NCBI GenBank assembly: GCA_036012755.1
Contig: DASCPX010000179.1
Location: 1 to 64,000, forward strand
Length of the DNA: 64,000 bases
Direction: 5' to 3'
Source of the DNA: Myxococcota bacterium
GTDB lineage: Bacteria > Myxococcota_A > UBA796 > CAJQPC01
Part shown: piece after piece, positions 36,223 through 46,986 of the stretch
Layout of the letters: every line of letters starts with the position of its first letter
Position numbering within the stretch: position 1 is the first letter of the stretch
Position numbers and translations under genes: made by a program
Notes under the pieces: model-generated
The model's input: the letters and a program-made list of their open reading frames with translations, nothing else
Database searches by the model: none
What the model was told of the DNA's origin: nothing

Positions 36223-38769
36223 ATGGTCTTCCTCCTTACGCTCGGCTGCAACAAAGATGTCCCTCTCGAGACAGGCGAGGGGCTCTTCCGCGCCGGCTGT
36301 CCCATCGCTGGAGAGGCCCACGCCCGGGTCCTGGCCGACCCGGAGGAGCGGCCCTTCGGCTCCGACGCCATCGCCAAGCCCGGCGACGTCGTGCTGCTCA
36401 ACGAGGAGGCTGCCTGGGTGATCGGCGACCCCACCGCCCCGGTCACCTACATCGACTACGGCGGGAACCCGGTGGACGCGATCCGCGTGAAGGACTGCGA
36501 GCAGCTCGCCGACGAGCGCTTCGGAGAGCTCGGCTTCCTCGTCGGAGAGCTCCACCTCGACGACTGGCAGACCTCGGTCCTGCGCATGTTCGAGGGCGAG
36601 TCCATGACCATCGTCGAGGACGGGAGCGACGGGGGTGCCGCGGTCGTCGAGGTCTACGGCCGTGACGCGCGCTTCTACCTCGTCGAGCTCACCTTGCTGG
36701 AGGAGGCCTACCTCGACGGCAAGGAGCTCTGGCCCGCTGAGCCCTTCGGCCTGGAGATGACGGTCCGCTACACGCTGGAGCCCAACGACCCGGTGCTGCA
36801 GACAGAGGTCCTCTTCGAGGGCACCTCCAGCGAGACCCACGAGCTCATGGCGGCGCTCATCGAGTTCCCCACGGACCGCGGGCGGCGGGTCACCTTCGCG
36901 GACAGCGCAGCCTCCATGGCCGGCTTCACGATGGACCTTGGCGTGCCCTGGGTGGGCACCAGCGACGGGCTGTCCTCGACGGCCATCACCATCCCGGACG
37001 CCAGGCTCTCGCGGATGGGCATCTCCGGTGTCACCGTGCTCGTCGACGCCGACATGGCTCTGGAACCCTTCCCCATCGCAGAGGGTGACGTCGGTTCCAT
37101 GCAGGCGCTGTTGTCGGTGGGCGCCGGCGGAACCTCTGAGGCCACCTGCGCCTTGTCCGCCCACAACCCCGAGCCGATCCCGGGCAAGCCCGTCGCCGTC
37201 GTCCGGGTCTCCGGGTCGGCACCTGGGGCCGACCTGGTCGAGGTCTGGGCACCCAACAACTCCGGCGTGCTGGACCTCCTCGACACCGTCGCCGTCACCG
37301 ACGGGGGTGTCTTCGACACCTGGCTCACGGACCTCGGGGAGGGGCTGAGCCTCCGCGCCGTCGGCGAGGGGCGCAACGACGGCGCCTTCGTCGACCTCGA
37401 CGGTGACGTGAGTGACCTCGAGCTGCCCGTGGAGCCTCGTGGGGACCTGGGTGTCTTCGTCGTCGACTCCGACGGCGAGCCCATCACGACGCGGGTCCAG
37501 CTCCAGGGCGAGACCTCGAGCGTCCACTACCCCCTCTCCGGCGAGCTCGTCCACGTGCCACCAGGCACCTACGACGTCTACGTCAGCAAGGGCTACGAGT
37601 GGGAGATCTGGGAGGGAGTCGTCAGCGTCCCCGGCACCCTGAGCATCAGCCTCGAACAGGTGGTGGAGCACCCCGGCTGGAGATCCACCGACAGCCACAT
37701 CCACAACGAGCCCAGCGCCGACTCCAGGGTGCTCCCGGAAGACCGGGCGCGCACCGTGGCCGCCGCCGGACTCGACGGCATCGTGACCACCGACCACGAG
37801 GCGATCGTGGACCTGTCCTGGGCCGCGCTCGCGGTGGACGAGGAGCCCACCTTCCTCCTGGGCTCCGAGATCACCGCCACCTTCCCCGAGCACAGCAACG
37901 CCTGGCCCTTCCCGGTCGTCGAGGACCACCCTCGCGGCGACCCGGTGGACTGGTACGAGCTCGGCTTCCCGGGCATCTACGCCGCCACCCGTGCCCGCGG
38001 GGCAGAGGTCATCCAGATCAACCACGCCCGGGTCAACGGCGAGTGCGGCATCCTCTGCGTGCTCGACTGGGACCGCGCGAGCGAGCCCGGCATGGACGCC
38101 GCGCGCTTCCTCGTCGAGGGCGAGGTCTGGTCCTGGGACTTCGACGCCTTCGAGGTGCTCAACTCCACGCGCTGTCCCTTCCTCGACCCCGCGGATCCCC
38201 GCCACACCGGCGCCTTCACCGACTGGCTCGCCTTCCACAACCTCGGGCACCGCGTCACCGGCATGGCGGTCACGGACGCCCACGGGCTGGACATGCCCGG
38301 AGTCCCCCGGACCTACCTGGACGTGGAGACCCACGGCGACGAGGTCACCGCCACCCTCGCCGGAGCCGCCGTCATGAGCGCCGGCGCCTTCGCCGAGGTG
38401 TCGATCGGCGAGGTGGGACCTGGCGGAACCACGAGCTCGACGACCTTGGACATAGTGGTGCGAGCCCTGCCACAGATCGACGTCACAGAGGTGATGGTGC
38501 TCGCCAACTGCGAGCTCGTCGAGACGCTCTCCGCCACAGACCCCTACGAGGTCGACAAGCTCTCGACCAGGCTGGAGCTCGAGCTGGAAGAGGACAGCCA
38601 CGTCGTCGTCCTCGGCTTCGGCGAGCTGCGCATGCCGACGGGACTCGGGGACGACTACGACCCGGCGACCGTGCCGCGCTTCATCTCGAACCCGATCTTC
38701 GTGGACCTCGACGGCGACGGCTGGACGCCCCCCGGTCCGCGGGACTGCTGGACGCCGCTGGCCCTGTGA
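36223..38769 (+). CDS. CehA/McbA-like PHP-domain metallohydrolase lipoprotein
   Basis: LTLGC; DSHIHNEPSADS, TTDHE, GSEIT, INHAR, EVLN, TDAH, SNPIFVD. Confidence 0.8.
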   Translation: MVFLLTLGCNKDVPLETGEGLFRAGCPIAGEAHARVLADPEERPFGSDAIAKPGDVVLLNEEAAWVIGDPTAPVTYIDYGGNPVDAIRVKDCEQLADERFGELGFLVGELHLDDWQTSVLRMFEGESMTIVEDGSDGGAAVVEVYGRDARFYLVELTLLEEAYLDGKELWPAEPFGLEMTVRYTLEPNDPVLQTEVLFEGTSSETHELMAALIEFPTDRGRRVTFADSAASMAGFTMDLGVPWVGTSDGLSSTAITIPDARLSRMGISGVTVLVDADMALEPFPIAEGDVGSMQALLSVGAGGTSEATCALSAHNPEPIPGKPVAVVRVSGSAPGADLVEVWAPNNSGVLDLLDTVAVTDGGVFDTWLTDLGEGLSLRAVGEGRNDGAFVDLDGDVSDLELPVEPRGDLGVFVVDSDGEPITTRVQLQGETSSVHYPLSGELVHVPPGTYDVYVSKGYEWEIWEGVVSVPGTLSISLEQVVEHPGWRSTDSHIHNEPSADSRVLPEDRARTVAAAGLDGIVTTDHEAIVDLSWAALAVDEEPTFLLGSEITATFPEHSNAWPFPVVEDHPRGDPVDWYELGFPGIYAATRARGAEVIQINHARVNGECGILCVLDWDRASEPGMDAARFLVEGEVWSWDFDAFEVLNSTRCPFLDPADPRHTGAFTDWLAFHNLGHRVTGMAVTDAHGLDMPGVPRTYLDVETHGDEVTATLAGAAVMSAGAFAEVSIGEVGPGGTTSSTTLDIVVRALPQIDVTEVMVLANCELVETLSATDPYEVDKLSTRLELELEEDSHVVVLGFGELRMPTGLGDDYDPATVPRFISNPIFVDLDGDGWTPPGPRDCWTPLAL

Positions 38770-40631
38770 TCGTCGCCCGCGACGTCGAGGTCGCCTTTGG
38801 AGACCGGCGGGTGCTGCGGGGCTGCGACCTCGTCGTGCAGCCTGCAGACCGGATCGGGCTCGTTGGAGCCAACGGCTGCGGGAAGTCGACCCTGTTGCGC
38901 TGCCTGTCAGGGGACGTCCACCCGGACTCGGGCACCGTGTCGGTGAGCGGGCGGCTCTCCTCCCTGTCCCAGGAACCCCGACTCGACGGACACACCGTGG
39001 GGGACTGCGTCGCCGCCGCCGTCGCCTGGCACGCCAGGCTCCTCGACGACTACCACCGGGCGCTCTCGGAAGAGGACTTCGAGACCAGCAGCGCCCTCCA
39101 GGATCGACTGGACCACGTCGGCTGGGAGGCCGGCCATCGAGTCGACGCGATGCTGGACCGGCTGGGGGCCCCTCCGACCGAGGCGGTCATCGCCCAGCTC
39201 TCCGGGGGGGAGCGCCGGAGGGTGGCGCTGGCGCTGGCGCTGCTCGGTCAGCCTGCCGTGCTGCTGCTGGACGAGCCCACCAACCACCTCGACGTGGGAG
39301 CCGTGGAGTGGCTCCAGAGCTGGCTCTCGGGCTTCCGGGGGGCGCTCGTGCTGGTCACCCACGACCGCTACCTGCTGGAGGCTGTCGTCGACCGGATCGT
39401 CGAGGTCGAGAGGGGCAGGATCGTCAGCTACGAGGGCAGCTACACGGACTACCTCCTGGCTCGGGCGGAGCGCCAGGCCCAACAGGAGCAGGCCCAGAAC
39501 CGGCGGCTGAGGCTGATCGCGCGGGAAGCGGCCTGGGCAGCGCGCTCACCGGCTGCTCGCAGCACGAAGCAGAAGGCTCGCCTGGAGCGCCTGGATGCCT
39601 TGCAGAGCCAGGAGCAGGTCGAGTTCGACCGCGGCTTCGACCTGGATCTGTCGACCGGACAGCGCCGCAGCGGCGTGGTGCTGGAGGTCATCGGGGTCCA
39701 CAAGGCCTACGGGGGCCGGGAGCTCCTCTGTGGCCTGGACCTCTCGCTGTCACCTGGCGAGCGCATCGGCGTGCTCGGCGCCAACGGCTCGGGAAAGTCC
39801 ACGCTGCTGCAGATCCTGACTGGCACCCTCGGCCCCGACGCCGGCGAGGTCGTGCGTGCCTCGAGGGTGGACGTGGCGCTGCTGGATCAGCACCGGACCG
39901 GGCTCGAGGCTCCAGACGGCTCGGACTGGACCGTCTTCGAGGCCGCCGGGGGTGGCGCCTCTGTGGTGACCCTGGCCGCGAAGCAAGGCGCCAGCTGGCA
40001 GCGCTCGGGTGGACGCGGCGCCCGGACCGTGGGCGTAGCGAACTTCCTGGAGCGCTTCCTCTTCCCACGCGAGGCCCTCGAGATGCCCGTCAGCAGGCTC
40101 TCCGGCGGCGAGCGAGCCCGCCTGTTGCTGGCGAAGCTGTTGTTGCGCGGCGCTGGAGTCCTGCTCCTCGACGAGCCGACCAACGACCTCGACCTGCTCA
40201 CCCTGAGGGTGCTCGAGGAGGCGCTGTTGTCCTTCGACGGTGCGGTGGTGGTCGTGACACACGACCGAGCCTTCCTCGACCGCGTGTGCACCGGGCTGTT
40301 GCACTTCGGACCCGCTGGGCCGACCCGCTACGCCTCGCGATCGCAGATCCCTCGCCTCGCCCCGGCGCCACAGGACGAGGAGAAACCTCGCCAGCCGGAG
40401 AGGCCCAAGACGAAGAAGCGCTCATGGAGACAGCGGCAGGAGTTCGAGGCCCTGCCCGGCCGCATCGAGCAGGCCGAGGCCGAGCACGCTGAGCTGGCCA
40501 AGGTCCTCGCGGCCCCGGAGACCTACACCAGGCCGCCGGTCGAGGTCGCGGCGCTGACCACGAAGCTCGCGGAGCTGGAGGTGGCGATCGAGGCCCTGTA
40601 CGAGCGCTGGGGTGAGCTCGAGGACCAGTGA
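38766..40631 (+). CDS. ABC-F family ATPase (Uup-like)
   Basis: Two Walker A (GANGCGKST, GANGSGKST), two LSGGE, LDEPTN, THDR; coiled-coil C-terminal domain. Confidence 0.93.
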   Translation: MIVARDVEVAFGDRRVLRGCDLVVQPADRIGLVGANGCGKSTLLRCLSGDVHPDSGTVSVSGRLSSLSQEPRLDGHTVGDCVAAAVAWHARLLDDYHRALSEEDFETSSALQDRLDHVGWEAGHRVDAMLDRLGAPPTEAVIAQLSGGERRRVALALALLGQPAVLLLDEPTNHLDVGAVEWLQSWLSGFRGALVLVTHDRYLLEAVVDRIVEVERGRIVSYEGSYTDYLLARAERQAQQEQAQNRRLRLIAREAAWAARSPAARSTKQKARLERLDALQSQEQVEFDRGFDLDLSTGQRRSGVVLEVIGVHKAYGGRELLCGLDLSLSPGERIGVLGANGSGKSTLLQILTGTLGPDAGEVVRASRVDVALLDQHRTGLEAPDGSDWTVFEAAGGGASVVTLAAKQGASWQRSGGRGARTVGVANFLERFLFPREALEMPVSRLSGGERARLLLAKLLLRGAGVLLLDEPTNDLDLLTLRVLEEALLSFDGAVVVVTHDRAFLDRVCTGLLHFGPAGPTRYASRSQIPRLAPAPQDEEKPRQPERPKTKKRSWRQRQEFEALPGRIEQAEAEHAELAKVLAAPETYTRPPVEVAALTTKLAELEVAIEALYERWGELEDQ

Positions 40632-40724
40632 GCATGGTGCTCGATGGCCAGCGGGACGTGCAGTCTTGGCGACCCTGACGCGCAGCCTCCACCAAATGGC
40701 ACACAAGCGTGCTGGGACCCGAGC

Positions 40725-40997
40725 TCAGTCCTCGTCCCCGTCGTCCTCGTCGTCGTCCTCGTCGTTCTTCGCGCTCTCCTTCGACGATCCGGCCCTTTGG
40801 TGTGACCTCCGCCTCCCAGCGCTCACCCTCGGCGGTCTTCACCTCGACGTCGTAGACCCTCCCTCCCGCTCGGCCTCGAGGAAGGTGCAGCCGGGCCACT
40901 TGTCCTCGACGGCTTTCTTCACGGCGTCGGGGAGCTCGGAGATCGGGACGGGGACCTCGTCTTCGGCAAGCGCGAGGGTCAAGAGGAGGGGGAACAT
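40725..40997 (-). pseudogene. PepSY-like secreted protein with two frameshifts
   Basis: MFPLLLTLALA..ELPDAVKKAV..KWPG, shifts to VYDVEVK...EAEVT.KGRIV, shifts again to an acidic tail. Confidence 0.65.
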
Positions 40998-41505
40998 GAG
41001 CCCAGCCTACCGTGCCGTTGGATTCCGACTGCTCATGTGTCCACGAAAACGGGTCAGCTTCAACTCCAAGGATATCGCTTTGCGATCGCCCATCTGAACA
41101 TAGTCGCCGCCATGCGAGGCTACCTGCGATGCGGCGCACAGCGCCTCCGCCCCGTTTCCGCTACTCGTAGAAAGCGTCACTCCTACCACCCTGCTACCCC
41201 TTGGTTTGCACCTTCATGACACGCCGATCGCGGGGCGGCCGTCGTGGACGAGCTGACCTACGCCGGATTCCTCGACGAGTAGGGACGGCGGCGCTCCTGG
41301 GTGGAGCTGCCAGTGAACCAGCACCGTCCCTCGGAGCAGCGCCACTCGTGGCGGCTGTGCGGCCTGATCGACTGATCGACCGATTGACTCAGCGCGGCAC
41401 GGAGGTAGCACGTGCTACCGCGGGCTCGACGCTCCGGACCCCACGGGCCGAGGTCGAGAGTCCCGCGCGGGGTGCTAGGCTGCGCGCCATGGAGGACCGA
41501 CACCG

Positions 41506-42720
41506 TTGAGCCGCAGCGACGTCCTGCGGGTGGCTGGCCTCCTGCTGCTGGCCGTCTTGATGATGTCCTCCTACGAGATCGCCCGGCCGGCGGCGGAGTC
41601 GCTGTTCGTCGGGGTCCACGGGGTAGAGGACATCCCGAAGGCCTGGCTGGCGGTGGCGCTCGGCGTGACCCTGACTGTGATGGTCTACAACCGCCTGGTT
41701 CGCTGGCTCAGGCTCGACCGGGTCTACGGCGGGGCCGCCCTGGTGAGCGTGGCGCTGTTGGCAGCGATCCAGGGGGTCCGAGCCCTCGAGTTGCCAGGCT
41801 ACGCCTACCTCTTCTACGTCTGGAAGGACGTCTACATCGTCGTGCTCGTCGAGGCCTTCTGGAGCATCTCGAACCAGCTCTTCGACCTGCGCTCCGCGCG
41901 CAAGCTCTATGGCCTCTTCTGCGCAGCGGGCTCCATCGGAGCGATCCTCGGCGCCAGGCTGCTCCGCTGGGGCACGGGCCTGTGGGGCACAGAGGACGCC
42001 ATCTGGATGGTCGCGCCGCTGTTGATCGCGACATCCCTGGTCGCCTTCGCCCTGGGAGCAGTGACGACGATTCCATCGCCGAAACAGAAGGAGCAGGTCG
42101 ACTTCGGCGTCGGCCTGTCCCTGCTGAGAGCCAGTCGCTACCTGGTGCTGCTGCTCCTGCTCGTGCTCGTCGGCCAGGTCCTGATGAACCTCCTGGACTT
42201 CCAGTTCCAGGACATCACGGCGACGGCCTACCCCGACACCGACGAGCGCACCGCGGCGGTCTCGAAGGTCTACGAGGCCATCAGCTACGGCGCCCTGGCG
42301 CTCCAGGTGACGACCGCCCTGGTCATCCGGCTGGTGGGCGTCCGCGGCGTGCTCGTGGGTGTGCCAGCGCTCTTCGGCGCCGCCTCGCTGGCCCTGTTGT
42401 TCAGCCCGGCGTTCCTGGTCGCGGCCTCGGCGAAGGTGACCTCGAAGGTGCTGGACTACTCGGTCTTCCGAGCGGCGAAGGAGATGCTGTACCTGCCTCT
42501 CACATACACGGAGAAGACCCAGGGCAAGGCGCTCATCGACATCCTCACCTACCGCCTGGCGAAGGGGGGAGCGGCCCTGTTGATCCAGGCGCTTCTGGCC
42601 CTTGGTCTGGCCGCGATCGTCGCCCCGATGAGTGTCTTGTTCGCCGTCTGCTGGGGGGTCATCGCGCTGTTGTTGGTCCGACGCTACCGGCTCTTGACCA
42701 GCGAGAAGAACTCCGGCTGA
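41506..42720 (+). CDS. MFS transporter, Tlc/NTT (ATP/ADP translocase)-like
   Basis: YEIARPAAESLF, FWS..N.LF....ARKLYG, LDYSVFRAAKEMLY.P, K..ID...YR. Confidence 0.85.
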   Translation: MSRSDVLRVAGLLLLAVLMMSSYEIARPAAESLFVGVHGVEDIPKAWLAVALGVTLTVMVYNRLVRWLRLDRVYGGAALVSVALLAAIQGVRALELPGYAYLFYVWKDVYIVVLVEAFWSISNQLFDLRSARKLYGLFCAAGSIGAILGARLLRWGTGLWGTEDAIWMVAPLLIATSLVAFALGAVTTIPSPKQKEQVDFGVGLSLLRASRYLVLLLLLVLVGQVLMNLLDFQFQDITATAYPDTDERTAAVSKVYEAISYGALALQVTTALVIRLVGVRGVLVGVPALFGAASLALLFSPAFLVAASAKVTSKVLDYSVFRAAKEMLYLPLTYTEKTQGKALIDILTYRLAKGGAALLIQALLALGLAAIVAPMSVLFAVCWGVIALLLVRRYRLLTSEKNSG

Positions 42721-43157
42721 GCGACCCTTGCCCAGTCCTCTGTGGAGATGAGCAGGGAGTCGGTCGAGGTCCCAGCGGTGAAGGCCACGACGTCCACATC
42801 GAGCAGGCCGGTGTCGGCCACGAGCCGGAAAGGCAACAGCGGCCGGCCGAAGGGCGGGATGCGCCCGCGGACCAGGCCGAGCGCCTCGAGCTCCTCTGGC
42901 CGCGCGAAGCGGAGCTTCTGGGAGCGCAGCTGCCGCCGCACCAGGCCGTTGTCGGTCCGGCGGTCCGTGCGCACGGCGACCACCGTGAGCTCGCCGCGGA
43001 TCTTCATCAACAGCGCCTTGCACCCATGTGACAGCGGCTCCCCACGCAGCTCGGAGATGTGCTCGGAGCTGGTTGCCTCCGCGTGGCGGCGGTGCTCGAC
43101 GGCGACCCCCTCCGACTCCAACCAGTCCAGGGTCCGCTGCAGGAGGCTGGTCGTCAT
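42684..43157 (-). CDS. YbaK/ProX aminoacyl-tRNA editing family protein
   Basis: KALLMK, LRFA..EEL, GRIPPFG, FTAG....S. Confidence 0.88.
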   Translation of the reverse strand: MTTSLLQRTLDWLESEGVAVEHRRHAEATSSEHISELRGEPLSHGCKALLMKIRGELTVVAVRTDRRTDNGLVRRQLRSQKLRFARPEELEALGLVRGRIPPFGRPLLPFRLVADTGLLDVDVVAFTAGTSTDSLLISTEDWARVAQPEFFSLVKSR

Positions 43158-43233
43158 CGCCCGGACAATATCTGGTCCCTCCCCCGGCGATCCTCTGGTT
43201 AGCGAAAATCGACCTGAGAAAGGAGAACCCGGG

Positions 43234-43915
43234 AGGCATACGCAAACAACAAGTTCTGCTGGCACGGCTGCATCAGCACGGACGTCGAGGTGGCCAAGTC
43301 CTTCTACAGCGAGGTCATGGGGTGGAGCCACGTCACCCAGCAGATGGGGGACGACAGCGTGACGATGCTGGCCAACAACGGCATCCCCCGCGCCCGCCCC
43401 GCACAGCCGCGTGCGGGTCCAACGCCGGAGTCGTCCTGATCCCGCCGACCGACATCGCCCCCGGTAGCTACAGCGTCGTGCAGAGCCCCTCCGGCGCGGT
43501 CTGTTGCCTCTTCCGCGAGATCGACGAGGCCACGGCAGAAGACGCGCCCAACGACGTGGGCGGCGTCGCCTGGGTAGAGCTCAACAGCACGGACATCACG
43601 GCGGACATCGCCTGGCTCGAGGCCGCCCTGGGCATCACCTACAAGGAGATGCCCATGCCCGACGGCGGCACCTACTACCTGCTGGAGTCCGGCGGTGAGT
43701 CCATCGGCGCCGGTGCGATGACGACCCCGAACGAGAACGTCCCGGCTTGCTGGATGATCTGGTTCTCCGTCACGAGCGTGGACGAGACGCTTCAGCGCGC
43801 CGCGAACAACGGCGGCGCCACGGTCATGCCCCCGATGGACATGCCCGGTGTCGGAAGGCTCGCGGCGATCAGTGACAGCACCGGTGGGGTCTTCGGGATC
43901 ATCCAGGGCGAGTAG
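43234..43915 (+). pseudogene. Two-domain VOC/glyoxalase protein, disrupted
   Basis: AAGGAGA RBS then AGGCATAC (ATG apparently missing its T); KFCWH..STD...AKSFYSEVMGW; frame change with lost sequence near 43395; second domain intact. Confidence 0.75.
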
Positions 43916-43955
43916 AACGCCTTGGCGGCCCGTGTAACGGTGTTACATATCCCGT

Positions 43956-44507
43956 ATGGATGTTACAACTCGACTCCGCGACGCCATCAACAAGGGCGAG
44001 CTGAAGGCCGACGAGCTCACTGCGCGCAAGGTCGCCGCCTACCTCGGGCGCAGCACGAGCCTCGTCTACCACCACTACGGAAGCCTCGACGGGCTGCTCT
44101 TCGCCGTGGCCCAGGAGGGCTACGGGCTCCTCGGCGAGCGGCTCCTCGGCGCCCTCGACGGGGGGCTTCCGGCGCTGGCGCGGACCTATGTCCGCTTCGG
44201 CCTCGACTACCCAGAGCTCTACGGGCTCATGTTCGAGCGCCGCTACGACTGGGCGGCCCTGCGCGAGCGCGGAGCATGCTCCGACAGCCCGGGCATGGGC
44301 CTCTGGCACCAGGCCGTGGCCACCCTGGCCGAGGCTGGAAGCAGCTCGCCAGAGGCCGACGCGCGCGTGCTCCTGGCGAGCCTCCACGGGACCGTGTCCC
44401 TGGCGCTGTCCGGGCGCGCCAACGTCGGCGACCTCGACCGGACCGACCGCGAGGTCGCCCTCTTGTCCGCAACGCGCATCGCAGCGCTCATCACTGGAGA
44501 CCGCTGA
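43956..44507 (+). CDS. TetR family regulator (WHG-type C-terminal domain)
   Basis: LTARKVA..LG.S.S.VYHHY.S.DGL; YVRF....PELY.LMF; LHG. Confidence 0.88.
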   Translation: MDVTTRLRDAINKGELKADELTARKVAAYLGRSTSLVYHHYGSLDGLLFAVAQEGYGLLGERLLGALDGGLPALARTYVRFGLDYPELYGLMFERRYDWAALRERGACSDSPGMGLWHQAVATLAEAGSSSPEADARVLLASLHGTVSLALSGRANVGDLDRTDREVALLSATRIAALITGDR

Positions 44508-45682
44508 TGATCGACTCCACCTACGAGCTGCCCAACGGCCAGATCCTGCCGAACCGCATCGCGAAGTCCGCGATGAGCGAGCGCCTGAGCAAGGACGGAA
44601 GCCCCGTGCCCGAGCTCGTGCATCTCTACGAGCAGTGGGCCGCCGGGGGCACCGGGCTCCTCATCACCGGCAACGTCATGGTCGATCGCCGCCACCTCGG
44701 CGAGAGCGGCAACGTCATCGTCGAGGACGACCGCGACCTCGAGGCGCTCAGGGCCTGGGCGCAGGCCGCGCAGTCCGGGGGCGGCCGGGTCTGGATGCAG
44801 ATCAACCACCCGGGCCGCCAGAGCCCGCGTCACGTCAACCGCCAGCCAGTGGCGCCGAGCGCGGTGTCCATAGACATCCCCGGAGCCTTCGTGGCCCCTC
44901 GCGAGCTCGAGATAGACGAGGTCTGGGACATCGTCGAGCGCTTCGCAAGCACCGCTGAGGTCGCGCAGCGGGCTGGCTTCGACGGTGTGCAGATCCACGG
45001 CGCCCACGGCTACCTCGTGAGCCAGTTCCTCTCCCCTCGCACCAACCAGCGCGAGGACATGTGGGGGGGCGACGACACCCGGCGGCGCCGCTTCCTCCTC
45101 GAGCTCGTCCGGGCAATCGTCGCCCGCACCGGTCCGGACTTCGCCGTCGGCGTGAAGCTCAACTCGGCCGACTTCCAGAAGGGCGGCTTCAGCGAAGAGG
45201 CCAGCCTGGCCGTCGTCAAGGCGCTGGAGGCAGAGGGCATCGACCTCATCGAGGTGAGCGGAGGCACCTACGAGTCCGCCGTCATGTTCGAGGAGACCCA
45301 GCCCCAGCACGACAGCTCGATCAAGCGCGAGGCCTTCTTCCTCGACTTCGCCCACACCGTCCGAGCCAACTGCGGCCTGCCGATCCTCGTGACCGGCGGC
45401 TTCCGCACCCTCGACGGCATGGAGGACGCGCTCGCCAGCGGCGCTACGGACCTCATCGGCATGGCCCGACCGCTCGCCGCCGAGCCCGACCTCCCCCAGC
45501 GCCTGATGACCAGGGACTCGACCGCGGCCCGCCCGATCAAGCTCGCGACTGGCCACAAGACCCTCGACGCCTTGATCCAGGGGGGCTGGTACCAGCTCCA
45601 GATCAAGCGCATGGCGGCCGGCAAGGCGCCCGATCCCTCTCTCTGGCGGGTCTGCGCGGTCCTCCAAGCGGTCGCCGGATAG
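44507..45682 (+). CDS. NADH:flavin oxidoreductase (Old Yellow Enzyme family)
   Basis: NRIAKSAMSE, GFDGVQIHGAHGYL.SQFLSP..N.R.D.WGG, EVSGGTYE. Confidence 0.93.
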   Translation: MIDSTYELPNGQILPNRIAKSAMSERLSKDGSPVPELVHLYEQWAAGGTGLLITGNVMVDRRHLGESGNVIVEDDRDLEALRAWAQAAQSGGGRVWMQINHPGRQSPRHVNRQPVAPSAVSIDIPGAFVAPRELEIDEVWDIVERFASTAEVAQRAGFDGVQIHGAHGYLVSQFLSPRTNQREDMWGGDDTRRRRFLLELVRAIVARTGPDFAVGVKLNSADFQKGGFSEEASLAVVKALEAEGIDLIEVSGGTYESAVMFEETQPQHDSSIKREAFFLDFAHTVRANCGLPILVTGGFRTLDGMEDALASGATDLIGMARPLAAEPDLPQRLMTRDSTAARPIKLATGHKTLDALIQGGWYQLQIKRMAAGKAPDPSLWRVCAVLQAVAG

Positions 45683-45685
45683 TCG

Positions 45686-46933
45686 ATGCCCATGAGTCGC
45701 CTGGTCCACCGCGATGTCCTGGATACGCAGGGCTGTCCCCTCCCCTGGGTGCCGCCAGAGCGACCGAGTGAGCCCTTGCTGCCCGGCTCGGACGAGGACG
45801 ACGTGCTCGTCGACCAGCCGCCTCCTCCTCCCGGAGACGCAGCCCAGCCCTGGCTCATCGAGCTCTCGGAGAGGCTGCGCGAGCTCACGGGCCTGCCTCC
45901 CTACGAGCTCGTGGTGGACCCCGCCCCACAGCTCCGCCGCGGACTGTGCACCGGGCGGGTGTGGATGATCGATGGCGTGGCTCGGTGGGTCTGGCTGTCT
46001 CCCTGCCCCAACGCCGACCGGGCGGAGATCGCCGCCACGCTCGCCCACGAGCTTGCCCACCCGCTCACCAACAGCGGCCACGACCGCCACTTCAAGCAGA
46101 CGCTGGTGGATCTGGCCCGAGCCGCCTGGGGCGATGAGTTCTTCGAGCACGCCGACAGCGCCCTCCCCTACAGCGAGGTCGACCGCTGGCTCGTCACCGG
46201 CGTCCGTGCGGCCCTCGCAAAGCGGCCTCCGCCACGACCCCGGACCTCGGACGAGGGAAACACCGCGCGGCTGGTCACGCGCATCCGCAAGCTCCAGGCC
46301 CTGGCCGCCAGCCAGCCCGGCCAGCCAGAGGCCATCGCCGCGAGCGCGAGAGCCAACGACCTCGTCACCCTCTACGGCCTGGGCGGCTACCAGGTCCAGC
46401 TCGAGACGGGCATCGACGACCAGATGGTCGACCGCTGGGTGTTGCTCAAGCCCCGCGTCGTGTGGCAGCGCCACCTGTGCCACGCCATCGCCCGCTTCTT
46501 CGGCGTCTTCAGCCTCTCGATGGCCCGCGCCGGCCGCATGCACTTCTTCGGTCGACACGCCGACGTGGTAGCCACCGCCTACCTCGTCGAGGTCACGCTC
46601 GGGGCCATCGAGCGCGGCTCGGACCAGCACATCGCCCAGTGGAAGAAGAGCCGCCGCCGCCGCGGCCACACCCGCAGCGAGCGCGTCGCCTTCTGCGGCT
46701 CGGCCACCGTCGCCTTCGCAGAGAAGCTCGCCGAACTGAAGGACCGCCGCGCCCACGAAGACATCGAAGAGGCCAGGGCCTTCGCGGGCCTGGAGCATCG
46801 GAGTCGCGGCATCCGCTGGACGACGGCCCGCCGCACGACCGTGACCCACAACGACGCCGGCGTGCGGCTCGGAAGGTCCCTCGAGGTGGTGCGCGGGATG
46901 GGCTCGGGCAAGCAGCCGCGCCGGCTACGCTGA
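45686..46933 (+). CDS. HExxH zincin-like domain plus DUF2786-like domain protein
   Basis: TLAHELAH...GH...F; RIRKL.ALA.S...PEA..A..RA..L...Y.L. Confidence 0.75.
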   Translation: MPMSRLVHRDVLDTQGCPLPWVPPERPSEPLLPGSDEDDVLVDQPPPPPGDAAQPWLIELSERLRELTGLPPYELVVDPAPQLRRGLCTGRVWMIDGVARWVWLSPCPNADRAEIAATLAHELAHPLTNSGHDRHFKQTLVDLARAAWGDEFFEHADSALPYSEVDRWLVTGVRAALAKRPPPRPRTSDEGNTARLVTRIRKLQALAASQPGQPEAIAASARANDLVTLYGLGGYQVQLETGIDDQMVDRWVLLKPRVVWQRHLCHAIARFFGVFSLSMARAGRMHFFGRHADVVATAYLVEVTLGAIERGSDQHIAQWKKSRRRRGHTRSERVAFCGSATVAFAEKLAELKDRRAHEDIEEARAFAGLEHRSRGIRWTTARRTTVTHNDAGVRLGRSLEVVRGMGSGKQPRRLR

Positions 46934-46986
46934 GGCCAGGCGCTCTCAGCGAGCACAACGGGGGCTCTCGAGGGGTACCATTCGGC

